Shown: positions 17,825 to 25,751 of the stretch, piece by piece
Layout of the letters: each line of letters begins with the position of its first letter
Position numbering within the stretch: position 1 is the stretch's first letter
Source: Deltaproteobacteria bacterium
GTDB taxonomy: Bacteria; Myxococcota; Kuafuiibacteriia; Kuafuiibacteriales; Kuafuiibacteriaceae
DNA: 64,000 bases
Reading direction: 5' to 3'
Assembly: GCA_040218735.1 (NCBI GenBank)
Contig: JAVJQW010000049.1
Coordinates: 77,821 to 141,820, forward strand
The notes under the pieces: generated by a model
The model's input: the letters and a program-made list of their open reading frames with translations, nothing else
Told to the model about the DNA's origin: nothing
The model's database searches: none
Made by a program: the position numbers and the translations under genes

Positions 17825-18184
17825 ATGAGTCCACACATGTCGCACATCATGCGCAAGACGATCGGCACGCTCCTCATCGCGATGTTCCTGATGGCCCTCG
17901 GTGGCCCGGCGATGGCGGCCCCGCGCCGGCAGACGACCCTGCGCCTCGACGGGTTGCACCTGCAGATGACCGCCAAGAAGCTGCGTCGCCTGCAGCGGAC
18001 CGTGCGTCGCGTGAAGGGGGTGCGTTGGGCGAAGGTGGATCTCGCGACGGGTGAGCTGTTCGTCGGTCACGCCCGCCGCGTCTCGAAGAAGCGCCTGGAG
18101 CGCGCCGTCGAGCGCATCGGTTTCGACGTCGTCACGCCCACCGTCCACGCGCAGGTCGACGCGACTACGCGTCCCCGCAGCTGA
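17825..18184 (+). CDS. Small secreted protein with an HMA-like (ferredoxin-like) fold lacking the CxxC metal site
   Basis: In-frame ATGs at 17825, 17837 and 17849. From 17849 the signal peptide is MRKTIGTLLIAMFLMALGGPAMA. The mature part LRLDGLHLQMTAKKLRRLQRTVRRVKGVRWAKVDLATGELFV...ERIGFDV resembles a heavy-metal-associated domain but has no Cys. Confidence 0.45.
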   Translation: MSPHMSHIMRKTIGTLLIAMFLMALGGPAMAAPRRQTTLRLDGLHLQMTAKKLRRLQRTVRRVKGVRWAKVDLATGELFVGHARRVSKKRLERAVERIGFDVVTPTVHAQVDATTRPRS

Positions 18185-18186
18185 CC

Positions 18187-19845
18187 CTACCCACCGATCT
18201 TGCTGTTGAGCGCGTCGGCCAGGCTCGGGTCGGCCGGCTCGTCCTTGGACTTCTCCACCCGTGACGTCGCGCGCGCGCGCGCCTCGTGTTTCGTGCCGAG
18301 CACCGCGCTGGGCACCCCCGTCGCATCCATCTGCGTCGCCGCGTCGAGGATGTTGAACCGCGCCCGCGAGGGGAGCGGTCGGGTGTGCGCGGGGGGCGGC
18401 GGCTCGGAGCCGTCGAGCGCGCCGAAGGTGGTCGCCTCGTCCGGGTCACGCGTCGCCGCGGCGAGCGCTGCGGCGTCCACGGGGGACATCGCGATCGTCT
18501 GCGCGCCGCCCTCCGCGATGTCGTCTTCGTCCTCGTCGACTTCATCGTCCTCTTCGAGGTCGTGGATCGAGGACACCGCGATCGTCTGCGCGCCCGTATC
18601 ACGCGTCACCGCCGACATCGCGATCGTCTGCGCGCCGATGTCCGACGGCTCGTCGGGCAACATCCCCGGCGGCACGGACGACATCGCGATCGTCTGGGCC
18701 TGCGGATCCATGCCGTAGTCGTCTTCGTCGTCCTCGTCCTCGTCGTCGCTCGACAGGCCGGGGAGCGGGTTGATCGCGAGCGTCTGTCCGCCCGCGGCCT
18801 GGATGGCGTCGATCGCGCTGTAGCTGCGGGTCGGCGCAGAGGCGTCGCGGATGAGGTCGAGCGACTCGTAGGCCATCGTCTGCGCGCCGAGGTCACCGTC
18901 GCTGTCGGTGGTGGCGTCGTCGATCGCGAGCGCGTTGGGCTCGCCGGACGGGTTCGTCGGCTGCAGTGGATAACCTTGGAGGTTCACCGGCGGTCGCGAC
19001 GGCGCATCGGTCGACGCGTCGTCGAAGTGTCCGCCGGGTCGCGGCGGTTCGGCGATCGAGTCGAAGCCTTCTTCGTCGTCGATCTCCAGTGGGGCGTCGA
19101 GCGCGTCGAGGCTGCCGAGCGACAGCTCGATCGCACCCGAGGCGTCGATCTGTTGGGGCGTGAGCAGCTGCTGCTCCTGCGGCGGTTGCGCCAGCTCGCT
19201 CGGCACCGGCACCGGTCCGCCCGGCGTGGGCGCGCCGAGGTCGACGGGGACGACCGGCGGGAGGTGCACGTCGATCTTCGCGATCGGCGCGCTGCCGTTC
19301 GCCATCACGGCGTCGCCCGGCATCTCGTTTTCGCTCTCTTCGGCGGGCGGTGAATGTGTGCGCGCCATGGAGACGGCGCGGCCGAGGCTCCGCGGCGCAA
19401 CCTGTCTTTCGAGCTGGACGGCGTCGGCCTCTTGTCCGAGCTCGCGGTAGATCGCGGCCGCCGTCGTGCGCGCGAGATCGGCGTCGCGTTTGCGGTCGAT
19501 CGTCTCGTACACCTCGATGAGCTCGAGGTAGGGCGACGGGTCGCGACGGTTTACCTTCGCGAGCTGCTGCAGGACGGCGATGCGTTTGAGGTGTTTGCCT
19601 TCGTCGGCGAAGCGCTTGGCGGCCTTGCGATAGGCGAGGGCGGCTTGCTCCGGGAAGCCGCGGCGCAGGCTCTCCTCGGCGAGGCGGATCATCTTGCGTT
19701 CGTCGCTCTCGGCGACGGTGCTGATGCGCGCGACGAGTGTCTGCGGCGCCGGCACGTTGAAGGCGGGGGCCTGCGGCGACACGGGATCCGGTTCGGCCTT
19801 CTTGCCGAACAGGCGCGCGAAGAATCGCTTGAAGAACCCGGCCAA
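18187..19845 (-). CDS. Acidic, low-complexity repeat protein (552 aa) with five 'GAQTIAMS' motifs; basic amphipathic N-terminus
   Basis: MAGFFKRFFARLFGKK N-terminus and a helical ~130-aa N-domain. A long disordered acidic region follows (DDEDEDDEDD, EEDDEVDEDEDD). It contains LGAQTMAYESLD, AQTIAMSSVPPG, GAQTIAMSAVTRD, GAQTIAVSSIHD and GAQTIAMSPVD. Confidence 0.7.
   Translation of the reverse strand: MAGFFKRFFARLFGKKAEPDPVSPQAPAFNVPAPQTLVARISTVAESDERKMIRLAEESLRRGFPEQAALAYRKAAKRFADEGKHLKRIAVLQQLAKVNRRDPSPYLELIEVYETIDRKRDADLARTTAAAIYRELGQEADAVQLERQVAPRSLGRAVSMARTHSPPAEESENEMPGDAVMANGSAPIAKIDVHLPPVVPVDLGAPTPGGPVPVPSELAQPPQEQQLLTPQQIDASGAIELSLGSLDALDAPLEIDDEEGFDSIAEPPRPGGHFDDASTDAPSRPPVNLQGYPLQPTNPSGEPNALAIDDATTDSDGDLGAQTMAYESLDLIRDASAPTRSYSAIDAIQAAGGQTLAINPLPGLSSDDEDEDDEDDYGMDPQAQTIAMSSVPPGMLPDEPSDIGAQTIAMSAVTRDTGAQTIAVSSIHDLEEDDEVDEDEDDIAEGGAQTIAMSPVDAAALAAATRDPDEATTFGALDGSEPPPPAHTRPLPSRARFNILDAATQMDATGVPSAVLGTKHEARARATSRVEKSKDEPADPSLADALNSKIGG
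18487..18890. repeat. Dispersed 21-bp direct repeat CATCGCGATCGTCTGCGCGCC (five copies), encoding the GAQTIAMS peptide repeats
   Basis: Copies at 18487-18507, 18575-18595 (CACCGCGATCGTCTGCGCGCC), 18616-18636, 18682-18702 (variant ..GTCTGGGCC) and 18873-18890 (partial). Confidence 0.7.
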
Positions 19846-19940
19846 AACTCACGCCATAGTATACGTGCGGGGCGGCTCACGGGTCCGCCGACCGTCCGAC
19901 ACGGTGCGTCGAGCTGCGGCTTTCGAGTACTCTGCCCCCG

Positions 19941-21695
19941 ATGGACCGGCGGCGCCTGGGTGAGAGCCTCTACACCGCGGGCACCCTCGCGCTCCCCTTG
20001 GGGATCGGCGCGGCGGGGGGGTACTGGATCGCGGACGCCGGTGCGCGGTGGGTCCCGACGACGCTCGGCGCGCTCCTCGTCGTCGGTGTCCTCGGGTTGG
20101 CGTTGCTCGCGGCCGGGAGCTCCCTGACCGCCACACAGCGCTCGCCGAAGACCAAGCGGTTCGTCTTCTTCACGCTCCTCGCGTTCCTGGCGGCGGTGCT
20201 GCGACTCGGCGTCTGGTGGGCGTCGACCCCGACGCCCCTCGCGACGCGCGACCACGCCGACTTCCTGCGGGTCTTCCGGGACGACGTGAAGCAGGTCGCG
20301 GCGCTCGCGCACACGCTCGACGACGCCGGCGGGACGATCGCTGCGAGTGTCCCCGTGGAGGGGGTGCTGTCGGCGGACGCGGAGAAGGTCGTCGCCGACG
20401 CTTGGGCGGGCTACGTGCACGCGTCGTTCGCGCTCGACCAGGTGCGGCGCTACTACGAGGACTACTACAAGCTCGACCTGTCGAGGTTGGAGCGGACGCG
20501 GCACACGCTCTCGTTCCTGCTGACGTTCGCGGCGGAGCTCGCGCTGTTCGAGCGGACGTTGTTGTTGGAGTCGGCGGTGTCGAAGAACGCGAGCGTCGAG
20601 AAGTTCCTCGACCTCCCGCGTCCGCAACACGACTTGCCGGGCGACAGCTACTCGACGGCGAAGGAGGAGCTGCTCGGCGTGAGCGACTACTCGCGCATCG
20701 TCGCGGGCAAGAAGTACATGGCGTACCTCGCGACGCTACACGAGGTAGATCGCGAGGTGCGCGCGGCGGGGTTCGACGCGCTGTGGACGGACGTCACGGC
20801 CCGGCTCGAACGCCTCGCGGAGCACCCGAAGGTCGCGGTGGCCTTCGACTCGGTGACGAGTGACTTCGCGCCGATTCAGCGGAAGGTGAAACACTTCGCG
20901 TTCCCCGTGCAGAAGGAGGTCGCGGAGTGGATGGGCGACACGCGGGTGCGCCGGGCCGGGCACTACCTCGTGGACGACGCGCTGCAAGCCAAGTTGCAGA
21001 CGAAGCTCCGCCCGGGCGACGTGATGCTCGCGCGGAAGAACTGGTACCTGTCGAACATCGGCCTCCCGGGCTTTTGGCCGCACGCCATGGTGTACGCGGG
21101 GACGCGCGCGCAGATCGCCGAGGCGTTCGACGAGGACCCGGAGGTGAGGGCGTACGTCGCTTCGTTGGGGCACGCCGGGACCTTCTCGAGCTTCCTGGAG
21201 ACGCGTTTCGTCCGGGTGTGGCGCTTGCTCGACGACCAGCCGATCGTCGAGGCGGTCTCGGAGGGCGTCGTGGTCAGCGACATGCACCACGCGGCCGGGG
21301 ACTACGTCGCGGCGCTGCGCCCGCGGCTGCGCCCGGTCGACAAGGCGAAGGCGATCGTTAGGGCGCTGTCGCTACTCGGGCGCCCGTACGACTTCGACTT
21401 CGACTTCGCGACCGACCACGCCGTGGTCTGCACGGAGCTGGTCTGGCGAAGCTACCGCGCCCACGACGGCGAGCCGGGACTGGAGCTTCCGCTGTCGCGG
21501 ATCGCGGGGCGCTTGACGCTGCCGGCGAACGAGATCGCGCGGGTGTTCCGGGACGAGGGGGACGGGGCCGCGCGGCAGTTCGACTTCGTGGCGTTCGTGG
21601 AGGGGCGGGAGCACCAGCAGGACGCGGTGGAGGCCGATGCGGAGGCGCTGGCGGCGACGGTGGATCGGTCGAAGTGGGACTTCGGGCAGCCTTAG
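19941..21695 (+). CDS. Membrane-anchored YiiX/DUF830-like permuted papain-fold (NlpC/P60-related) protein
   Basis: Two or three N-terminal TM helices. C-terminal LRPGDVMLARKNWYLSNIGLPGFWPHAMVYAG ... HAVVCTELVWRSY has His before Cys, as in permuted papain-like hydrolases. Confidence 0.6.
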   Translation: MDRRRLGESLYTAGTLALPLGIGAAGGYWIADAGARWVPTTLGALLVVGVLGLALLAAGSSLTATQRSPKTKRFVFFTLLAFLAAVLRLGVWWASTPTPLATRDHADFLRVFRDDVKQVAALAHTLDDAGGTIAASVPVEGVLSADAEKVVADAWAGYVHASFALDQVRRYYEDYYKLDLSRLERTRHTLSFLLTFAAELALFERTLLLESAVSKNASVEKFLDLPRPQHDLPGDSYSTAKEELLGVSDYSRIVAGKKYMAYLATLHEVDREVRAAGFDALWTDVTARLERLAEHPKVAVAFDSVTSDFAPIQRKVKHFAFPVQKEVAEWMGDTRVRRAGHYLVDDALQAKLQTKLRPGDVMLARKNWYLSNIGLPGFWPHAMVYAGTRAQIAEAFDEDPEVRAYVASLGHAGTFSSFLETRFVRVWRLLDDQPIVEAVSEGVVVSDMHHAAGDYVAALRPRLRPVDKAKAIVRALSLLGRPYDFDFDFATDHAVVCTELVWRSYRAHDGEPGLELPLSRIAGRLTLPANEIARVFRDEGDGAARQFDFVAFVEGREHQQDAVEADAEALAATVDRSKWDFGQP

Positions 21696-21700
21696 GGTTG

Positions 21701-21777
21701 CCTAAGCGCGAACGGAAGGATGGTGCGCCGGCGAGCATCGGGCGCCTTAGCGCGGACCGAAGAACGGTGCGCCGGCG
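21701..21777. repeat. Two copies of a 33-bp direct repeat (period 44 bp) with adjacent palindrome CTTAGG-GTTG-CCTAAG
   Basis: CCTAAGCGCGAACGGAAGGATGGTGCGCCGGCG at 21701-21733 versus CCTTAGCGCGGACCGAAGAACGGTGCGCCGGCG at 21745-21777. Confidence 0.6.
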
Positions 21778-21808
21778 GTGGCGGGTGCTCGTTCGAATTG
21801 AATTCGAT

Positions 21809-22250
21809 CGCGGGCTGGTGAGCGGGAGAGGCTTGGGGTGAGGCCGTGCGCCGAAACGGTGGGGCGTGCCGCGTTGGGGGGCGAGGTGCGCCGACTCGCG
21901 TGTACGCCTTGCCGGTCGCGGTTGGGGTGTTGGGGTCCGGGCGAGCGTTGGCGCGCGTGCTTTGCGGGGCAGAGCTCGCTCGAAAGTGTCGCATGTAGTT
22001 GGCGCTTCTTGGGGCGCATTCCGTTCGATCCGAATCTGAACGCGGGCTGGTGAGTGGGTAGGGCTTGGGATGAGGCCGTGCGCCGGTGGGGCGCGCCGCG
22101 TTGTGGGGGCGAGGTGCGCCGACTCGCGTGTGCGCCTCGCCGATCGCGGTTGGTGCGTGGGGGGCCGGGCGAGCGTTGGCGCGCGTGCTTTGCGGGGCAG
22201 AGCTCGCTCGAAAGTGTCGCAGGTAGTTGGCGCTTCTGGGGGCGCGTTCG
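21809..22250. repeat. Tandem duplication of a ~232-bp unit (two copies, ~88-90% identical) directly upstream of the RAYT gene
   Basis: Unit 1 starts at 21809 (CGCGGGCTGGTGAGCGGGAGAGGCTTGGGGTGAGGCCGTGCGCCG...). Unit 2 starts at 22041 (CGCGGGCTGGTGAGTGGGTAGGGCTTGGGATGAGGCCGTGCGCCG...). Both contain GGCGAGGTGCGCCGACTCGCGTG and GGGCGAGCGTTGGCGCGCGTGCTTTGCGGGGCAGAGCTCGCTCGAAAGTGTCGCA. An AT-rich palindrome TCGAATTGAATTCGA (21793-21807) precedes unit 1, and the imperfect CGTTCGATCCGAATCTGAACG precedes unit 2. Confidence 0.8.
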
Positions 22251-22617
22251 CTGAATAGCCGGCCCCTGGACTCGATGCGCTGGCGAGGTGGCCTCGCGGT
22301 TGTGTGCGCTCGCGGCGACTTTCGGTTCTTGGCGGCCCCGATGGCTGCTTTTGTGTCTGGCCATCGTTCGCTCCAACGACGCGGTCGGCGCTCGTTGCGC
22401 TGAGCGTGAGAGCGCGTTTCTGGCGCGAGAGCCTTCCGTCGCTTTCACCCGAGGTCGCCCCCGCTCGGTGTCGAGCTCGAGTCGGTTCTCATTCGATCGG
22501 ACTTCCCGCCAAGTCTTTGCCGAGGGGGGCAACGTCCATCGGGTCCGTCCTCCTACTGTCGAGTTCGAAAAGTCGTGGGTTGTTCCCTTGAAGATAAGAT
22601 GTTAGCCTTATTCAAGA

Positions 22618-23301
22618 GTGCAGGGCGTACTGAGATTCCCGTTCGGGCACGGTGGTGCTCGGAAGAACGCGGGTCGGAAGAAGGGCCGAGGTCGACGGAA
22701 CGTCGAGCATCGTCGGCGCGAGTCGATCCCCAAGGGAGCGCCCGTTCACGTGACGCTCCGGGTCTCTCGGGCCGTGGGGAACCTGCGGAGCAAGCGGCGC
22801 TTTCAGCCGATCAAGCAGGCGCTGCGGGACGGTAGCGAGCGCTTCGCGTGCCGCCTCGTGCACTTTTCCGTGCAGAAGAATCACCTGCACCTGCTGGTGG
22901 AACCTCGGGACCGGCGCTCACTGATGCGCGCGATGAAGGGGATGCAGGTTCGCCTGGCGCGTCGTCTCAACACCGCGCTGAAGCGGCGGGGGCAGGTGTT
23001 CTCGGACCGGTACCACACACACGTGCTTCGGTCGCCGCGGGAGGCGCGGCACGCGATCGCCTACGTCCTGCTGAACGCCCGCAAACACGCGGCGCGGGGT
23101 GGCCATACGTTGCCTAGGCGCTGGATCGATCCCTACTCGTCGGCGCGCTGGTTCGACGGATTCGAGAATGGAGGGTGGGTCACGACGGATGAGGTTCGCA
23201 TCGGTGGGCCGCCTGGCGTTTGGCTCCTGCGAAAGGGGTGGCGCGACGCCGGGCCGATCTTCGTGGAGGAGGTCCCCGGCCGTCGGTTGCGCGGTCGGTG
23301 A
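22618..23301 (+). mobile_element. REP-associated tyrosine transposase (RAYT; IS200/IS605-like HUH Y1 transposase TnpA_REP)
   Basis: 227 aa. The HUH motif sits in LVHFSVQKNHLHLLVEP (HxH), and the catalytic Tyr region is YHTHVLRSPREARHAIAYVLLNARKH. The stop TGA at 23299-23301 lies inside the first downstream repeat copy. It is flanked by repeats on both sides. Confidence 0.75.
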
Positions 23302-23422
23302 GCGCTACCTCGCCACCGCGCACGTCCACGTGAACGCGGCCACCGGGTTTCCGGGAGGCGTCTGCGCGTTCGGTGAGCGCTACCTCGCCACCGCGCACGT
23401 CGACGTGAACGCGGCCACCGGG
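23296..23422. repeat. Two 52-bp direct repeats (period 75 bp, one mismatch) with a REP-like imperfect palindromic core, immediately 3' of the RAYT
   Basis: CGGTGAGCGCTACCTCGCCACCGCGCACGTC[C/G]ACGTGAACGCGGCCACCGGG at 23296-23347 and 23371-23422. Core CCGCG-CACGT-cc-ACGTG-aa-CGCGG. Copy 1 spans the RAYT stop. Copy 2 spans the stop and last ~13 codons of the minus-strand lipoprotein gene. Confidence 0.8.
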
Positions 23423-24426
23423 CCCTCCAGGCAGTAGCCGATCGGATCCGGACACGGCCACCACGTGGGCGCCGACGTCGCCGTGGTTGCGAAGGCACGC
23501 GCCGTCTCGTCGACGTAGCAGCCGCAGCCGTCGCAGCGGACGCGCTGGGAGTGGAACGTCAGCATCTCGAGCTGCGCGTTGCGGCGGCACGTGATCCCCC
23601 CGAGGGGCTCTTCGTCCTCGTCGACGACGACGGGCGGAGGGAGGCTCATCAGGGGGGCGCCCGCGCACTCCGTCGCGGTGGTCCCGCAGACGACCAGCGG
23701 ATCCAGGGGCGGGTTCACCGTCACCGAGACGTCGATCGGCGACGCCTGTGTTCCGAAGATTTGATGGCGGCACCGCACACTCGCGGAAGGGACGTCCGAG
23801 TCGCTCACAACGATCGATGCCTCGCGCGCCGCCGCGATCGCGAGGTCGTCCAACGTGCCGACGACGCCGACGAACGCGGTGAAGCGCCCGTTGGTCGCGG
23901 TCTCGTACAGCGCGAACTGCTCCGACGACATCTGGGAGAGGATCGACTCGATGTCGAAGACGTAGGCGACGAACGCGTTGAAGGACGAGTCTGCGCCGAT
24001 CACTCGGTCCGGGCCGCCGTCCTCGAGGCTGCGGGCGTCGAAGCTGCCGCTGTCGTCGAGGTCCTCGTAGACCACGAAGCGCGGGCGGTAGGCGTTACCG
24101 CGCGTCGGGAAGTTACCGTTGAAGCCGAAGCCGATCGCCTCCTTCGGGGACAGCAGATCGATCTGGTCGGCGGGCGGCGCGACGACGTCGAGCGTGATCG
24201 TGGTGCTCGTGACGACCTGGTCGAGCGTCACGACGTACCCCGTCGACGGCTCCCCGGCGTCGCTCACCTCGCTCGTGACCCACACGACCGCGAGCCGCAC
24301 CGGGTGCGTGACGACGAGGTTCGGCGCCGGCTCCAACACGAGCTTCACCCGCCCCGGGAGCGGCGCGCGTGTCGCCTCCGGACGACACGCCGCGAGCAAC
24401 GCGAGCAGCAGGACGGCGCGCTTCAC
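23380..24426 (-). CDS. Lipoprotein, function unknown (Cys-rich C-terminal region)
   Basis: MKRAVLLLALLAAC lipoprotein signal. Its start overlaps the upstream gene's stop by 4 bp. Its 3' end is embedded in the REP-like repeat. Confidence 0.65.
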   Translation of the reverse strand: MKRAVLLLALLAACRPEATRAPLPGRVKLVLEPAPNLVVTHPVRLAVVWVTSEVSDAGEPSTGYVVTLDQVVTSTTITLDVVAPPADQIDLLSPKEAIGFGFNGNFPTRGNAYRPRFVVYEDLDDSGSFDARSLEDGGPDRVIGADSSFNAFVAYVFDIESILSQMSSEQFALYETATNGRFTAFVGVVGTLDDLAIAAAREASIVVSDSDVPSASVRCRHQIFGTQASPIDVSVTVNPPLDPLVVCGTTATECAGAPLMSLPPPVVVDEDEEPLGGITCRRNAQLEMLTFHSQRVRCDGCGCYVDETARAFATTATSAPTWWPCPDPIGYCLEGPVAAFTSTCAVAR

Positions 24427-25727
24427 AAGAACACCTCCGCTTCCACCACCACATAATCACCCGGCTCGAACCGCCGACGCACGGGGTCGGTCAGGAACTG
24501 ATCACTCGCGACCTGTTTGTTGGTGATGAACGCGTTGATCCGGTGCGGCAGCTCCGGCCACGGCCGGACCTCCACCCCGAAGCGGTAGTAGACCTCGACC
24601 CACTGCCCGGGCGCGCGGTGCCCCTGCACGTAAGTGACGCGGTCCTCGCCGCGCGGGTTGTCGAGCGAGCGGAGCAGGATCTCCGTCGTCCCCGTCACGT
24701 AGAGGTAGTCGACGACCGGGATGCGCACCTCACCCATCAACGTGTGCGCCCACTGGTCGAACAGCGGACCGAAGTCGAAGAACTCATAGCTGTTCGTGAC
24801 GTACGTGTTCTCACGCTCGGGCGTGCTGAACACCAACGTGGGGACCTCGGCGGTCGTGCGCGGGCTGAACCCACGACCGTAGTAACGCGCTTGGTAACCG
24901 ACGTGGAAACCGGCGCCCCAGATGTCGCCGAACGCGGCGTCGAAGCGGATCATCCCCGCCGTCTCGAGTGAGTTGCGCAGCCGCGCACCGTACTCCGCCG
25001 AGACCCCCGCCCACTCCGTGAGGGGCCAGTTGAACGAAGCCGTGAGGTAGTGCGCCGCGGGGTTCACGTCGGTCGTCGTGAACTGCCAGCGCGCGAAGTT
25101 GAGCTCCAGCCGCCCGTCGAGCGCGCCGAGCGCGAAGGTGATGAGGTCGTCGTCGCTCCAGAACACCCGCCCGCCGAAGAGGTGGCGGAAATAGAAACCG
25201 TCGTACCCGATGCTGAGGATCTGCCCCTCCAACGGGATGCGCTCCAGCAGCAAACCCTGGCCGAGGGTCACCGGGCCGAGGTCGACGCCGATACCGTCGA
25301 TGTCGAGCGGGACACCGTCGATGACCCACTCGTCGTAGTGCAGGTGCACGCTGACACCCGCGGAGATCTGCGAAGACAACCGAAAGCCGTCGCTCGCGGA
25401 GGGGTTCGCGACGAGGACCTCGACGTTCACGTCGACGAAGTCGAGCGGCTGCACCGCGAGGAACCCGTCGAAGAGGAAGTACCCGTGGTAGCGACTCTGC
25501 GGGTTGATGCCGCCGGTCTGCTGTGTACCGACGCTCGCGTCCGCCGCGAGCGCGAGCCAGTCGAGGTCGTTGCCGAAGCGAAAGTGCTGCCCCGGCGCGC
25601 GGATCTGCGTGAAGAGCTCGCGGTTGATCAGCCGACGATCGAGGAGCGTCCACGGATCACGTGGGTCGTCGAAGATCGGAGGTGGCGCCGACGAGACGAG
25701 CAGCGCAGCGAGGACGGTGAGGCTCAT
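24423..25727 (-). CDS. Secreted protein, possibly an outer-membrane beta-barrel (aromatic-rich; ends ..VVVEAEVFL)
   Basis: Signal MSLTVLAALLVSSAPPP. Many alternating aromatic residues and a beta-barrel-like C-terminal Phe motif. Translationally coupled to the downstream lipoprotein. Confidence 0.6.
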   Translation of the reverse strand: MSLTVLAALLVSSAPPPIFDDPRDPWTLLDRRLINRELFTQIRAPGQHFRFGNDLDWLALAADASVGTQQTGGINPQSRYHGYFLFDGFLAVQPLDFVDVNVEVLVANPSASDGFRLSSQISAGVSVHLHYDEWVIDGVPLDIDGIGVDLGPVTLGQGLLLERIPLEGQILSIGYDGFYFRHLFGGRVFWSDDDLITFALGALDGRLELNFARWQFTTTDVNPAAHYLTASFNWPLTEWAGVSAEYGARLRNSLETAGMIRFDAAFGDIWGAGFHVGYQARYYGRGFSPRTTAEVPTLVFSTPERENTYVTNSYEFFDFGPLFDQWAHTLMGEVRIPVVDYLYVTGTTEILLRSLDNPRGEDRVTYVQGHRAPGQWVEVYYRFGVEVRPWPELPHRINAFITNKQVASDQFLTDPVRRRFEPGDYVVVEAEVFL

Positions 25728-25751
25728 CGACGTGAGGGGCGGACGGTATCA

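Noticed and set aside
21838-22258. Small + strand ORFs (71, 66 and 62 aa) inside the ~232-bp tandem repeats
   Set aside because: They are created by repeat sequence, are Arg/Gly/Trp-rich, and have no RBS. It is more parsimonious that the region is non-coding repeat or ncRNA.
21696-23440. Possible CRISPR array
   Set aside because: The repeats are 232 bp and 52 bp long, only two copies each, with a 23-bp interval that is not spacer-like. No cas genes. Not CRISPR.
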